A stretch of 64,000 bases of DNA, taken from the NCBI GenBank assembly GCA_021323375.2, contig JAJPCT020000017.1, positions 32,001 to 96,000 on the forward strand, given 5' to 3'. Position 1 is the stretch's first letter. The number at the start of each line of letters is the position of its first letter. The translations under genes were made by a program, and so were the position numbers. The stretch is from Candidatus Wolframiiraptor gerlachensis. GTDB lineage: Archaea; Thermoproteota; Nitrososphaeria_A; Caldarchaeales; Wolframiiraptoraceae. The notes beneath the pieces were generated by a model that saw only the letters and a program-made list of their open reading frames with translations, ran no database searches and was not told the origin of the DNA. Shown here in pieces: positions 18,067-28,973 of the stretch.

Positions 18067-19638
18067 ATGATAGTGGGCCTACATGCTCTGGGCCGTAGCG
18101 CCATAGCATCACATTCACCCCTAGCATCATACATAGCTCTCAAGATTATTGAGGGAGAGGGTAATGCGATTGATGCGGCTGTGGCAGTATCACTCCTGTT
18201 AAGCACGCTGGAGCCTGGGTGGAGCGGCCTAGGAGGTGGCGGCTTCGCGCTGGTATACTCCGAAGATACCGGGCTTAGGGCCCTAGATTATCGTGAAACC
18301 GCGCCGCTCCGGGTTAGGCCAGAGGAGTATAAAAGGGAAGATGATCTATCAATCGGCTATAGGGCTGTAGCGACTCCCGGGACCCTAAAAGGCCTCTGGA
18401 TCCTACATCAGGAGCTCGGCGAGATGAGGTGGAGCAGGATAATTAAGGCTGTCATGGAGTATGTGAGGCGATGCAGAGTCTCCCGTCTATGGAGCACATG
18501 TATGAGGGTCAACTTAGATAGGGCCTTGGATAAGCTCAGGATCTGCCCAGAGAGCTGTGCAACATTCCTCAAAGATGGAGGGGTTTATCCCGAGGGCTCT
18601 GAGATCACCTTCCCGAGGCTGCTGGATACACTGAAGATGATCAGGGATGATGTGGACTATTTCTATGAAGGTGAATTCGCAGATGAAGTTGACAAGGTGT
18701 TCTCCAGCAATAATGGCTTCCTATCATTGGCGGATCTGTCACATTATAGCCCGGTCTGGAGGAGGCCGATTACATGCGAGCTTGATCTCGGTGGCAGGGA
18801 GCTTAGGCTCGCTGCGATGCCACCGCCCGGCTCAGGCGTCCTCGTGGCGGAGGCTCTCAAGATCCTTTCCCGAATGTGCTTTGATGCCAGTAGCTATTAT
18901 CCGGAACTCGCCCGCCTCCTCTTCCACATAATTGACGAGAGATGCTCCCTGATATGCGACCCATCCTTCAATGACGTTGACGTTGGGAAGCTTCTCTCTG
19001 ATGAGCATGTCGAGCGGGCTCTCAGGTTCATAGAGGAGGGCAGGATAACTTATCATCCAGCCAGGGATAGTGGCGGGACATCCCAAGTAAGCATAGCGGA
19101 TGCCGAGAGCAGGACATACGTCTCCCTCACCGAAACTATCGAATGCTTCATGGGCTCTGGGATAACAGTGCATGGAGTGCTCTTGAATGATGAAATGCAT
19201 GACTTCGCTCTTCAGAGCGGTCATCCCAACTCGATATCCCCCGGCAAGAGGCCTGCAAGCAGCATGTCGCCACTAATAATCCTCGACGAAGATGATACAC
19301 CATCAATAATAATCGGGGCCTCTGGAGGCATGAGGATAATATCCTCTATGATACAGGTTCTCTCAAACCACTTGTTAAGGAGCATGGACCCCATCTCCTC
19401 AATACTCGAAGGGAGGATCCATGTTAGGGGAGATAAGGTAATCCTAGAGGACCTAGTAGACGACGTGGCCTCGGACACCTTGTCGTCAGCAGGTCTGAGA
19501 CTGGGGAAGATTAGGGAGGTCTCAATACACCCCGGCACAGACATCTACTTCGGCGCTGTTCAAGCAATATTCAGGAAGGACAACCTCTTCCTAGCAATCT
19601 CCGATCCGAGAAAGCAGCCCGGAGCCGCTGCGAGATAA
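18067..19638 (+). CDS. ggt: Gamma-glutamyltransferase (Ntn hydrolase)
   Basis: GNAIDAAVA, SGLGGGGF, DYRETAP, nucleophile GGTSQVSIAD, LLNDEMHDF, PGKRPASSMSP. Confidence 0.88.
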   Translation: MIVGLHALGRSAIASHSPLASYIALKIIEGEGNAIDAAVAVSLLLSTLEPGWSGLGGGGFALVYSEDTGLRALDYRETAPLRVRPEEYKREDDLSIGYRAVATPGTLKGLWILHQELGEMRWSRIIKAVMEYVRRCRVSRLWSTCMRVNLDRALDKLRICPESCATFLKDGGVYPEGSEITFPRLLDTLKMIRDDVDYFYEGEFADEVDKVFSSNNGFLSLADLSHYSPVWRRPITCELDLGGRELRLAAMPPPGSGVLVAEALKILSRMCFDASSYYPELARLLFHIIDERCSLICDPSFNDVDVGKLLSDEHVERALRFIEEGRITYHPARDSGGTSQVSIADAESRTYVSLTETIECFMGSGITVHGVLLNDEMHDFALQSGHPNSISPGKRPASSMSPLIILDEDDTPSIIIGASGGMRIISSMIQVLSNHLLRSMDPISSILEGRIHVRGDKVILEDLVDDVASDTLSSAGLRLGKIREVSIHPGTDIYFGAVQAIFRKDNLFLAISDPRKQPGAAAR

Positions 19639-19684
19639 AAAATTCATTAAATTCTGGCTTCGGCATAATCAGATGTGATGAGGC

Positions 19685-19782
19685 GCCCCGGTAGCTCAGC
19701 CCGGTTAGAGCGCCCGCTTGGTACCCCCTCGTGAGAGGGGCCTGAGAGCGGGAGGCCGCGGGTTCAAAGCCCGCCCGGGGCT
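19685..19782 (+). tRNA. tRNA-Thr(GGT) with 23-nt intron (19724-19746) at position 37/38
   Basis: Cloverleaf GCCCCGG/CCGGGGC, D-arm GCTC/GAGC, anticodon stem CCCGC/GCGGG with TT-GGT-A, T-arm GCGGG-TTCAAAG-CCCGC; the intron forms a bulge-helix-bulge. Confidence 0.93.
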
Positions 19783-19920
19783 TCATCAAAATCCTAGAGA
19801 CCAACCCTAAGTCTGGAGGGATAGATAGAAATTACTTGGACTTGAAGAATTTAGCATTATATTATCTAGTTACTAGATTTAAATGAGGAGAAGGGGAAAT
19901 ATTATAGAGGTGCGGGTGTT

Positions 19921-20352
19921 TTACCAGTATTGAGGCTTTTCACTATGCCTTACTCTATCAGCTGGATCATCTACGAATCTCCATTTCCCTGAGCCCGTGG
20001 CAAGCAGGATTATGCCGAGCTCCTCAGTAAGCTTATCATTCACGAGAACCTCCTCCTCTATTGGTGATATCAGGACATCCACTAACTTGGGGCCTACCTC
20101 TCTATCCTCTGTCACTGCCCAGACTTCGAGAGCATCTCTGACCAAGAAGACCCTTGAAGGGCCGCCAGCCGTTCCAACTTCAATAATACTGGATGTGACG
20201 GGTGGAGGATAGAGGGCAAGAAGCCTTGCCAGCCCAACAGGGATTAGGAGCTGGGGGCTATCAGTCTCGAAGCCGCTATTTATGAGAGCAGAGACCTCAA
20301 TAGCTTCCCCTAAGGCCTTAGGTTTCAGCCTCAGCTTTATTCTTACGGCCAT
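19921..20352 (-). CDS. Archaeal clan AA aspartic protease-like (retropepsin-fold) protein with Asn in place of the catalytic Asp
   Basis: ALINSGFE...LLIP..LAR.L ... EVLVNDKL.EELGI pattern. Confidence 0.6.
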   Translation of the reverse strand: MAVRIKLRLKPKALGEAIEVSALINSGFETDSPQLLIPVGLARLLALYPPPVTSSIIEVGTAGGPSRVFLVRDALEVWAVTEDREVGPKLVDVLISPIEEEVLVNDKLTEELGIILLATGSGKWRFVDDPADRVRHSEKPQYW

Positions 20353-20508
20353 ATTCGCTCACGCACCTCAAATAGTAGATGTGTCCCACCTTTCCACGCC
20401 TAAGCTGATAAATATGCCCTATCCTCGACCTCATGTCCATAATGCTAAATCCGCATAGGGGCTTATAAGCTTGCCCGGCTTCCTACTTTAGCCTTAACGA
20501 TTCTGTGG

Positions 20509-21141
20509 CTAGTATTTTCTTCCGGTGATAATGTATGATGTGGCGTCTGCGATGTAGCATGCATGGTCTGCTAATCTCTCGAGGCATCTTAGTATTAATG
20601 TTATGGAGGGTAGGCATGCTGTATCTATCTTTCCGCCCATCTGTATTAGGTATTTGATGTTTTCTGCATAGAGCTTGTCCACTTGATCATCTCTACTTCT
20701 CACATCATCGGCTTTCTTCAGGTCCTTGTTTAGATATGCTTTTCCAGCATCTTCAACCATCTCAAGGACTATCTGTGAAAGCTCTCTGACGCTTGTGAAG
20801 TTGCATCCTCCCTCCGGGACCATCTTGGCGATTTCCGCTATGTTTGCGGCGTATCTGCCGATCCTAGAGAAGTCGTAGGAGGCTTGTATTGCCGATTTTA
20901 TCTCTCTTAGGTCTGAGGCCACCGGCTGGAACCTTGCTATAAGTTGGACTGCGAGCTCACTCGCCTCATCCATCATGAATAATAATTGATCGGATAGCCT
21001 CCTAACCTCCTCAACATAATCAATTTTTGTCAGGATGGATTCTATGCTCATCCTGAGTGCTTTTTCAGCCAAGTTAATTATGTCGCTCATTAGACCATTT
21101 AGCTTTTCCAAGCCATAGTCTATGGGCCTCTTCAAGCTCAT
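20509..21141 (-). CDS. phoU: Phosphate uptake regulator PhoU
   Basis: RFQPVASDLR, DDQVDKLY, LERLADHA; last gene of the pst operon. Confidence 0.92.
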   Translation of the reverse strand: MSLKRPIDYGLEKLNGLMSDIINLAEKALRMSIESILTKIDYVEEVRRLSDQLLFMMDEASELAVQLIARFQPVASDLREIKSAIQASYDFSRIGRYAANIAEIAKMVPEGGCNFTSVRELSQIVLEMVEDAGKAYLNKDLKKADDVRSRDDQVDKLYAENIKYLIQMGGKIDTACLPSITLILRCLERLADHACYIADATSYIITGRKY

Positions 21142-21159
21142 CTCAATCAGCCCCCAAAC

Positions 21160-21921
21160 CTATCCCATCCTCCCTAAGACATATTTCTCTGTTAACACGT
21201 GTGTGGGCCTCGTGAATATTGTCGAGGTCTCCCCAATCTCGATCAACTCCCCCATGTATATGAATGCCACGTAATCGCTTACCCTCGCGGCCTGCTGGGG
21301 ATTATGCGTGACGATTATTATCGTGTAATCCTCCTTCAGCTCGAGCAATAGCTCTTCGATCTTTGATGCTGCTACTGGGTCTAGGTTGGCCGTGGGCTCA
21401 TCCATGAGGATTATCCTCGGCTTTAATGCTAGTGCGCGCGCAATGCATAGCCTCTGCTGCTGCCCTCCACTAAGCATCGAGGCCGGCTTCTTCAAGTCAT
21501 TCTTCACCTCATCCCATAGATACGCCTTCTGTAGGGCCTCTTTAACGAGCTCATCCAGCTCTGATTTGCTCCTCACTAGGCCGTTGAGCTTCGGGCCGAG
21601 AGCTACGTTCTCGTATATTGAGAGGTGTGGGAAGGGGTTTGGTATCTGGAAGACCATTCCGAATTGCCTGCGAACCCATGTAACATCAACGTTATCGCCG
21701 TAGATGTTTATGCCGTTTATCTTAACCTGACCCTCCACTCTAGCATGGGGGTTTAGGTCGAGCAGCCTATTCATCGCTCTTAGTAGCGTGCTTTTGCCGC
21801 ATCCGGATGGACCCATTATCGCTAATACCACGTTTTTGGGCACCCTGAAGCTAACATTCCTAATTACATGTTTGTCGCCATACCATACATTTAGGTTATG
21901 AACTTCTACAGCCCAACTCAT
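21160..21921 (-). CDS. pstB: Phosphate ABC transporter ATPase
   Basis: [44 protein letters not shown]. Confidence 0.96.
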   Translation of the reverse strand: MSWAVEVHNLNVWYGDKHVIRNVSFRVPKNVVLAIMGPSGCGKSTLLRAMNRLLDLNPHARVEGQVKINGINIYGDNVDVTWVRRQFGMVFQIPNPFPHLSIYENVALGPKLNGLVRSKSELDELVKEALQKAYLWDEVKNDLKKPASMLSGGQQQRLCIARALALKPRIILMDEPTANLDPVAASKIEELLLELKEDYTIIIVTHNPQQAARVSDYVAFIYMGELIEIGETSTIFTRPTHVLTEKYVLGRMG

Positions 21922-22757
21922 ATCTTCGCCTCCCTAACCATTAGCCTTGAGATCACAAATATTACAAGTATTATTGTTAACAGGACTGCTGCGGCGCCCC
22001 ATGCTACCTGGTGCCATTTCTCATAGGGGGAGAGGGCGAAGTTGTATATCAGTAGCGGTATGGCGTTTATGGGCTGATCTAATCCTCCAAAGTATGTAAA
22101 TGTTGTTCCAAGTATTGTTAGCAGTAATGGAGCCGTCTCGCCCGCTGCTTTGGCCATTCCAATGAGGAGTGCCGTTAAGACGCCGCGCCTTGCAGCGCTC
22201 AGCAATATCCTCAGATAAGCGATGGGCGCTGAGACGCCTAAACTAAATGCCGCCTCTTTCAGGGTATAGGGGATTGATTTGTAGGCCTCCCTAACATTCA
22301 ATGCGACATATGGTATTATGATTATTGATAGGGCGATTGCCCCTGCTAGGGCATTAAATCTCTTTAATGGTGCGACTAGGATCATGTATGCGAATAATCC
22401 CACGATTATTGTAGGGAACTCGACCATTATCTGGAGGAACATCTGAGTGTATTGGGCGAGCCTTGTATGTGAGAACTCCGAGAGGTACAGGCCGGTGAAA
22501 AAGCCTATGCTCCCTCCTATGAGCAATGTTAATGATATGAGGATGAGTGAGCCGACTAAGGCCGGCCCTATCCCTCCACCCTTGCCGCCTATTGGGGGTG
22601 GGGGTGGGTCAATTAGGAAGTTGGGGGTAATTTGTCTAGCTCCCTCGGAGTATACGTTGATTATTATTGCGAAGATTGGTATTGTCGAGGCTACTGCTAG
22701 GGCTGAGATTACGCCGAGCATGAGCTTATCCATTATCTTCCTCTTGTTGAGCCTCAA
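21918..22757 (-). CDS. pstA: Phosphate ABC transporter permease
   Basis: [31 protein letters not shown]. Confidence 0.93.
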   Translation of the reverse strand: MRLNKRKIMDKLMLGVISALAVASTIPIFAIIINVYSEGARQITPNFLIDPPPPPIGGKGGGIGPALVGSLILISLTLLIGGSIGFFTGLYLSEFSHTRLAQYTQMFLQIMVEFPTIIVGLFAYMILVAPLKRFNALAGAIALSIIIIPYVALNVREAYKSIPYTLKEAAFSLGVSAPIAYLRILLSAARRGVLTALLIGMAKAAGETAPLLLTILGTTFTYFGGLDQPINAIPLLIYNFALSPYEKWHQVAWGAAAVLLTIILVIFVISRLMVREAKI

Positions 22758-23659
22758 CTCCTAGCCACCACCCTCCTTATCAAGTATAATCCGGCTAGGT
22801 TGATGATTAGACCAATTGTGAAGAGTATGAGAGCTCCGCCATATAGTGCTGGCACCATGTAGCTGTAGGCCTCAGCGTTCGGGAACTGGTTTGCTATCAG
22901 GCTGGATATCGTGTATCCCATGTCGAATAGGCTTCTGGGTATGGTGAATGTGTTCCCGACGACCATGGCCACGGCTACCGTCTCGCCCATAGCCCTCCCC
23001 AAAGCTAGAAATGCCCCGGCGAGAATTGCTGACCTAATATATCCGAGCAGCGTCCTAATGACCTCCCACCTAGTCATACCCAGGCTATATGCCGCCTCTT
23101 TCAGATGATATGGCACAGCGCTATATGCTTCGCGGATTATACTAGAGGCGAAAGGGGTTATCATGATCGCGAGCAGGACTCCCGCTGTGAAGAGGTTTGT
23201 GGGTATGGGTTTTGTGGAGAATAATGGTATGAATCCAATATACTGGTGTAGGGGGGTCATGATATATTGATTTAGGATTGGGGCGAGGACATATAGTCCC
23301 CATAGCCCATATATGACTGATGGCAGGCTCGCCATCAGATCTGAGACGCTGTTGATGAGCCCTCTAATGTTTTTGGGGGCGATCTCGGCGGAGAATGTTG
23401 CGAGGGATATGGCTAGGGGTATAGCAAAGCTTATTGCTATCGTTGAGGTGATGAGTGTGCCGAGGAGCGCAGGGAGTATGCCGTAATCCTCTTTCACGGG
23501 GTTCCACGTACTCTTAAAGATGAAGGGCAAGCCATCCCTCAAGAATATCGGATATGAGTTGACGACTAGCGAAATGACTATCCCCGCGACGAAGAGTAGC
23601 GAGGTAGATGCGAAGACGATTAAAAAAATAAGAAAGAGTTTTTCAGCGTTCATTACCAC
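22754..23659 (-). CDS. pstC: Phosphate ABC transporter permease
   Basis: WNP...YGILP, PSVIYGLWG, LGRAMGETVAV. Confidence 0.94.
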   Translation of the reverse strand: MVMNAEKLFLIFLIVFASTSLLFVAGIVISLVVNSYPIFLRDGLPFIFKSTWNPVKEDYGILPALLGTLITSTIAISFAIPLAISLATFSAEIAPKNIRGLINSVSDLMASLPSVIYGLWGLYVLAPILNQYIMTPLHQYIGFIPLFSTKPIPTNLFTAGVLLAIMITPFASSIIREAYSAVPYHLKEAAYSLGMTRWEVIRTLLGYIRSAILAGAFLALGRAMGETVAVAMVVGNTFTIPRSLFDMGYTISSLIANQFPNAEAYSYMVPALYGGALILFTIGLIINLAGLYLIRRVVARS

Positions 23660-23663
23660 CTCT

Positions 23664-24875
23664 TCACCCAGTCCTCAGCAGTTTTAGACCATTTAATCCT
23701 ATCGCGGCCACCTCAGGAGGTAGGGGTTCATAGCCTTCCACAATGTTCTCAGGCTTCTGGCCTTCGGTCAGCACCCACTCGAAGAACTCCTTAAGTATGG
23801 CGACTTTAACAGGATCGTCATACACCTGTCTCAGGATCACGAATGAGAAGGATGTTATTGGGTAGCTCTCACTTCCAGGCGGATCCACGGTCTCATCCGG
23901 GAATATGGACGACCAGTCCTCATCAGCTCTTGGAAGAACTTTTATCAGGGCCTTGGCTGCTGATGCTACTGCCTCTTTTGTTGGTAGAACGTAGTTCCCA
24001 TCTCTATTCCGTATCAGGGCTATGCTTAGGCCTGCTGAGTGTGCATATGCCGTCTCAACGTATCCTATGGAGTATCGGTTCTGCTGTACAGCGGCTGCTA
24101 CACCCTCATTTCCCTTAGCGCCTACACCATTGCCCAATTTGTCAACCGGCCATTCGACAGTTAGATCTGAGCCGACTTTATTCTTCCAGCTCTCTGAGAC
24201 TTTAGACAGGTATGCTGTAAAGACTCTTGTAGTCCCGCTGCCATCAGAGCGATGCACCGCGATTATTTTCTCATGAGGGAGATTCAGCTCGGGGTTCAAC
24301 GCCTTTATCGCCGGATCATCCCAGTAGACTATCTCACCCATGTAGATCTTAGCTATCACCTCTCCCGTCAGCTTCAATTTGCCGGATTCCACATTCGGTA
24401 TATTGTACACGACTGCTATTGTTCCAATTATTACTGGGAACTGAACTATTCCACCCTTTTCCTTGAACTCGTCGTATATCTCTGGTTTAAGGGGTGGATC
24501 GCTGCCCGCAAAGTCAAGTATTCCCTCCCGGAATTTCGCCTGACCAGCTCCGCTACCAATAGACTGATAGTTTATCTGAATCCTTCCACCTGTAAGCTCG
24601 TAGAATTTCGAGGCCCAAGCCTGCATCTGCGGATTAAGGAATGATGCTCCTGCACCGTTAACCACGCCGGATAACGTTGAAATTGCGCGCGTAGTGGGGC
24701 TGGTGGTCGCATAAGTCGCGGTAATAGTGGGAGTTGTGGTTGCAGCGGCAGCATACGTTACAGTTCTCTCGACAGAAGCCTGCAATGATGGCAGCATGAA
24801 GGCCGCTATCAAAGCCGCTACTATTATTACAGCAATTATGGCTACATACTTGGCATACTTTTTCACTCTTTTCAC
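23664..24875 (-). CDS. pstS: Phosphate ABC transporter substrate-binding protein
   Basis: GAGASF, NYQSIGSGAG, DFAGSD, RSDGSGTT, GNEGVA; N-terminal TM plus Thr-rich linker. Confidence 0.95.
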   Translation of the reverse strand: MKRVKKYAKYVAIIAVIIVAALIAAFMLPSLQASVERTVTYAAAATTTPTITATYATTSPTTRAISTLSGVVNGAGASFLNPQMQAWASKFYELTGGRIQINYQSIGSGAGQAKFREGILDFAGSDPPLKPEIYDEFKEKGGIVQFPVIIGTIAVVYNIPNVESGKLKLTGEVIAKIYMGEIVYWDDPAIKALNPELNLPHEKIIAVHRSDGSGTTRVFTAYLSKVSESWKNKVGSDLTVEWPVDKLGNGVGAKGNEGVAAAVQQNRYSIGYVETAYAHSAGLSIALIRNRDGNYVLPTKEAVASAAKALIKVLPRADEDWSSIFPDETVDPPGSESYPITSFSFVILRQVYDDPVKVAILKEFFEWVLTEGQKPENIVEGYEPLPPEVAAIGLNGLKLLRTG

Positions 24876-25345
24876 CTCGTCTAAAGGGCGTTAAGCCTTC
24901 AATTTATAAATTACGCAAATAGAATATATTTTCAATATTTTCTATATAGAAGAGTCTTCATATATAAAATGGCCCTAATAAACTCACTTTTCAGCTTCTT
25001 CAGGCTTATGAAGATCGTTAGCAGCCATATGAGTCCAACGATGATACTAGAGGAGTGCACCCTACATTACCAATGCACAAGTAGCTAGTGCATGCATAAG
25101 AGGGGGAGGTTATCCCTATTCCTGAAACACATAGAAGTGCTCGCTGGTGTTACGTAATATCTGTTTAAATGCTGGTTGAAGGGGTGCTTTTTCAGCTTTA
25201 ACGGCCACGAATCCAGCTTCCCTATAATAGCCTCTTCTTGGAACCCCAAATCGCAGTGGTTCCTCAGTTGATTTTTGAAAGTGCGAAAGTTTATCGGAAA
25301 TAGATGATTAGCTCAACATTTTAGAAATGATCAAATTTTCATCAT

Positions 25346-26244
25346 TTGAGTGATACAAAGTTTATATATTATGCGCAGCTTCCTCAATGTGTCGTGAGGT
25401 ATTCAGCTGTTTTTATTATATTGATGCTTGCTGTGGGCTTGGTGGCTGGAGTAAGCATCGGCTCACTGCTATTTGCTAAAGTATTAACAGTATTAACTAG
25501 GAATACTACGGTGTATTCAACAGTCACCTTGACTGAGAAGATTCGTATAGTGGTTCTCGTGATAATAATCCATACAGGCAGAATCTTGAGAAAACATGGG
25601 GTCTCTCAGTATATGTTGAGGCTGGTGGAGTGAGGCTTCTCTTCAACACGGGTCCTGACCCCATGGTTCTCGAGGTGAATGCTAGGAGGCTTGGCATAGA
25701 CCTGTCTAAGATAGACTTTGTCGTAATAAGTCATGCGCATGGGGATCATACAGGCGGCCTGAGGTTATTAGCCTTGATCAAGCCAGGGATGATGGTCTAT
25801 ATTCCACCTGATGGGAGCCTTGTAAATTATGTTAGAAGTTTGGGCCTAAAACCCATTCAGGTAAATGATACCATTGACGTTTCGAGGGGGATATATGTTG
25901 TTAAGCCGCTTTATGGCCCTCCGGTGGAGGAGGCTTTAGCAATCAAGACGGGTAGAGGGCTTGTGATCCTCGTTGGCTGCAGCCATCCCGGAGTTGTAAA
26001 TATTGCTGGGCAGGCTGTGAATGATATCGGTGTAAAGCCCTACATCGTGCTGGGAGGGTTCCATATGGGCGGAGCCCCACCTCAGGAGATCGAGAAAGTC
26101 GCATCCCAGCTTGTTGAGATGGGTGTGGAGAAGATATACCCCTTACACTGCAGTGGCGACAATGTTAGAAGCTATCTCGCAAATCACTATAAGGATAATT
26201 ATGGGAGAGGGGGAGTAGGCTTAGAAATAGTCATTCAAGAGTAG
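25346..26244 (+). pseudogene. Membrane-anchored MBL-fold metallo-hydrolase split by a frameshift at ~25560
   Basis: Adding one base joins IRIVVLV to DNNPY...WGLSVYVE...LLFNTG; SHAHGDHTGG, GCSHPG, GGFH and PLHCSG motifs follow. Confidence 0.75.
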
Positions 26245-26369
26245 AATACGCTAACAAAAATTAAATTTACCTTAGTGACACAATCGCCAAGACCTTCCAT
26301 TATCCCCTTAGAGCCTCTTTGAATAAAGCCTTATATATTGGTGGTGTTGATAATCACTTACGTGAAAAT

Positions 26370-28052
26370 ATGAGTAGGAAGATAGGTTTTAATAGAAAGA
26401 TCTCACGTAGAGAGGCTATTTCGACTGCTGGTAAGATTGCTATTAGTGCTGTTGTGGCGGGTGTTGTTGCTGGTGTTGGTGGATATTATGCTGGGAGCGC
26501 GGCCGCTGCGCCGACAACGGTGGAGAGAACAGTTACTCATACCGTAACCGCTGCAGAGAGGACCGTGACAACCACTGTGACAGCTCCCGGAGTCACTGCA
26601 ACCGTCACTGCTCCCGCAGCCACTGTAACGGTGACGAAGACTGTCGCGGCGCCAGTGGCTGCAAGGCCCTATGAGGGTGTAAAGTTGACGGTCTTATGTC
26701 ATACTGGTGTCCAGGCAGGGCCGTGGCACGCGTACAAGGAGGATATAAAGAACTTATATGGTATAGATCTAGAGGTTGTCGAGGCTCCACCCGAGGAGCT
26801 TTATTCTAAGGGTCTCCTCGGATTAAAGTCTAAGCCGGCAGATTATGATCTCGTGCAGTTTAACTCAGCTTGGATTGGAGACTTCGAACCATATCTGCAG
26901 CCATTGGACGAATATGTTCAGAAGGCTGATCCAGGATGGGGCGATGTTCTTCCAGGATTCCGACTATTCCGAAGCATGTGGGCCGGCAAGATCTACTCTT
27001 GGACACTTGACGGAGATACATTCATGTTCTACTATCGAAAAGATCTCTTCGACCACCCCGAGGAGAAGGAGGAGTTCCGCAAGAGATATGGCTATGAACT
27101 CGGCCCGCCGAAGACCTGGGATCAGGTGCGTGATATTGCTGAGTTCTTCACTAGAAAAGCCGGAGATAGGCTTGCTGGAAGCAAGCTATTGAAAGACTTT
27201 TATGGCTATGCTGACCAAGCTAAGAGGGGAAGAGTATACTACTGGTATCTCTTCAGGTGGATACCTTATAGAGCTGCTGAGGAGGGCGGTATCCCACACT
27301 ACTTTGACCCAGATACCATGAAGCCGTTGATAAATACGCCTGCATCTGTTAAGGCACTAGAGGCGATGAGAGATATATTAAAGTTCTCACCACCAGGCGT
27401 TCTCGGATTTGAGTGGACGGAGCTATTCACAGCAGCCATGAGCGATAGCGTCATCGCCATGTGGATTCACTGGCCTGACGAGGGAGACAGGTTCCAGGAC
27501 AAGCTCCAGCCATTACCAGTTGAGAACCCGCCGAAACCACAGCTGGGATTCGCCCCAACGCCAGGAGTTGAAAAAGATGGCAAACTATATCGGTATACCC
27601 TCATTGATACTGCTTGGGAGCTAGGGATTGCTAAGAATAGCAGGAATCCAGAGGCGGCCTATGCGGTTCTATATTTCTTGATGAGGTCTGATAATGCCTT
27701 GGAGAGGGTTATGGCGCCAACAGCTAAGGTGCCGAGCTCGAATCATGATCCATATGCCTACTCGCAGTTCTACTCTCCAAGATGGCGTGCTGAGAAGCCA
27801 TGGGTTGGGCCGTTCCTAGATGCTGAGCTTGAGGCGCTGAAGAATCCATATCCGCTGCTCAGGATACCGGGAGGCTTTGAGTATCTAGATGCGCTGGATC
27901 TAGCTGTATCAGAGTGCCTAGCCGGAGCGAAGGATGCTAAGAGCGCTCTAGATGAGGCTGCTGCAAAGTGGGAGGAGATAACAGACAGGCTTGGAAGAGA
28001 GAGGCAGAAAGAGTTCTACCACAAGATGTGGATGGTGCCGCTAGTCTTCTAA
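26370..28052 (+). CDS. Carbohydrate ABC transporter substrate-binding protein (MalE/CUT1-like) with Tat-type signal and T/V-rich linker
   Basis: SRREAIS twin-arginine motif, TM, TVT repeats, YYRKDLF, PPKTWDQ; followed by two CUT1 permeases. Confidence 0.88.
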   Translation: MSRKIGFNRKISRREAISTAGKIAISAVVAGVVAGVGGYYAGSAAAAPTTVERTVTHTVTAAERTVTTTVTAPGVTATVTAPAATVTVTKTVAAPVAARPYEGVKLTVLCHTGVQAGPWHAYKEDIKNLYGIDLEVVEAPPEELYSKGLLGLKSKPADYDLVQFNSAWIGDFEPYLQPLDEYVQKADPGWGDVLPGFRLFRSMWAGKIYSWTLDGDTFMFYYRKDLFDHPEEKEEFRKRYGYELGPPKTWDQVRDIAEFFTRKAGDRLAGSKLLKDFYGYADQAKRGRVYYWYLFRWIPYRAAEEGGIPHYFDPDTMKPLINTPASVKALEAMRDILKFSPPGVLGFEWTELFTAAMSDSVIAMWIHWPDEGDRFQDKLQPLPVENPPKPQLGFAPTPGVEKDGKLYRYTLIDTAWELGIAKNSRNPEAAYAVLYFLMRSDNALERVMAPTAKVPSSNHDPYAYSQFYSPRWRAEKPWVGPFLDAELEALKNPYPLLRIPGGFEYLDALDLAVSECLAGAKDAKSALDEAAAKWEEITDRLGRERQKEFYHKMWMVPLVF

Positions 28053-28108
28053 ACCACCAAATTTTTTATATTTCTTTCCAGCTCTAAAAATAGAACATAA
28101 CCTAAGGG

Positions 28109-28972
28109 GTGGATTGTATGCGTGAGAGAAGAACAGCGTATATGTTTGTCCTTCCGGCCCTAATCCTATTAATAGCGGCCGTAATCTTCCCTATGGTTTT
28201 CTCGATAAATGTTGCTCTTAGAAAGTATGATCTAAGGCTTCCCACGGAGGATTATCCATTCATTGGGATAGATAATTTCCTGAGAGCGGCTCGTGACAAG
28301 TACTTCCTTAACTCATTACTCATCACATTACAATTTGTCGTCATGGGGATAGCTTTACAATTCCCGATAGGGCTTGGTGTTGCCGTTCTCTTAAGCAGGT
28401 TTAGGTGGAGGCGCTATGTCTTACCAGCGATAGCAATCCCAGTCTTAACACCTCCCATCGTCGCCGGCTACATGGGAATAATACTTTTTCACCCGGATGG
28501 CGTCGTGAATTATTTCCTAAGCTTATTTGGCGCATCAAAGATCCCCTGGTATTCAAGGCCGGATACAGCCCTAATCACATGTGTCTTAATAGATACTTGG
28601 CAATGGTATCCCTTCATAACGTTAATACTTCTTGCCGGAATACTCTCAATACCCCCGGAATACATTGAGGCGGCGCGAATAGATGGAGCTTCGGAAAGAT
28701 CGATCTTTAGGCATGTCATTCTCCCGATGCTGAGGGGCGTGATAGCGGTGGCGCTCATCTTCAGAATGCTTGAAATGCTCAGGGTCTTCGACGTAATATA
28801 TATCGTGACTTATGGTGGTCCTGGAACCGCTACTCAAGTAACAAACTTCTATGGCTATCTTGTGGGATTTCATTACTGGGATCTTGGATATGCGGCAGCG
28901 ATGGGCTGGATCCTCGTAATAATATTGAGCATATTAGTGACTTATTACATGAGGGCGTTTAGGGTGAGTTGA
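28109..28972 (+). CDS. Carbohydrate ABC permease (MalF-like)
   Basis: WQWYPF, EAARIDGA, FDVIYIVTYGGPG. Confidence 0.92.
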   Translation: MDCMRERRTAYMFVLPALILLIAAVIFPMVFSINVALRKYDLRLPTEDYPFIGIDNFLRAARDKYFLNSLLITLQFVVMGIALQFPIGLGVAVLLSRFRWRRYVLPAIAIPVLTPPIVAGYMGIILFHPDGVVNYFLSLFGASKIPWYSRPDTALITCVLIDTWQWYPFITLILLAGILSIPPEYIEAARIDGASERSIFRHVILPMLRGVIAVALIFRMLEMLRVFDVIYIVTYGGPGTATQVTNFYGYLVGFHYWDLGYAAAMGWILVIILSILVTYYMRAFRVS

Positions 28973-28973
28973 G

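Noticed and set aside
26500-26660. Repetitive ACN-GTN DNA in the sugar-binding protein gene
   Set aside because: Explained by the Thr/Val-rich protein linker; not an independent repeat array.
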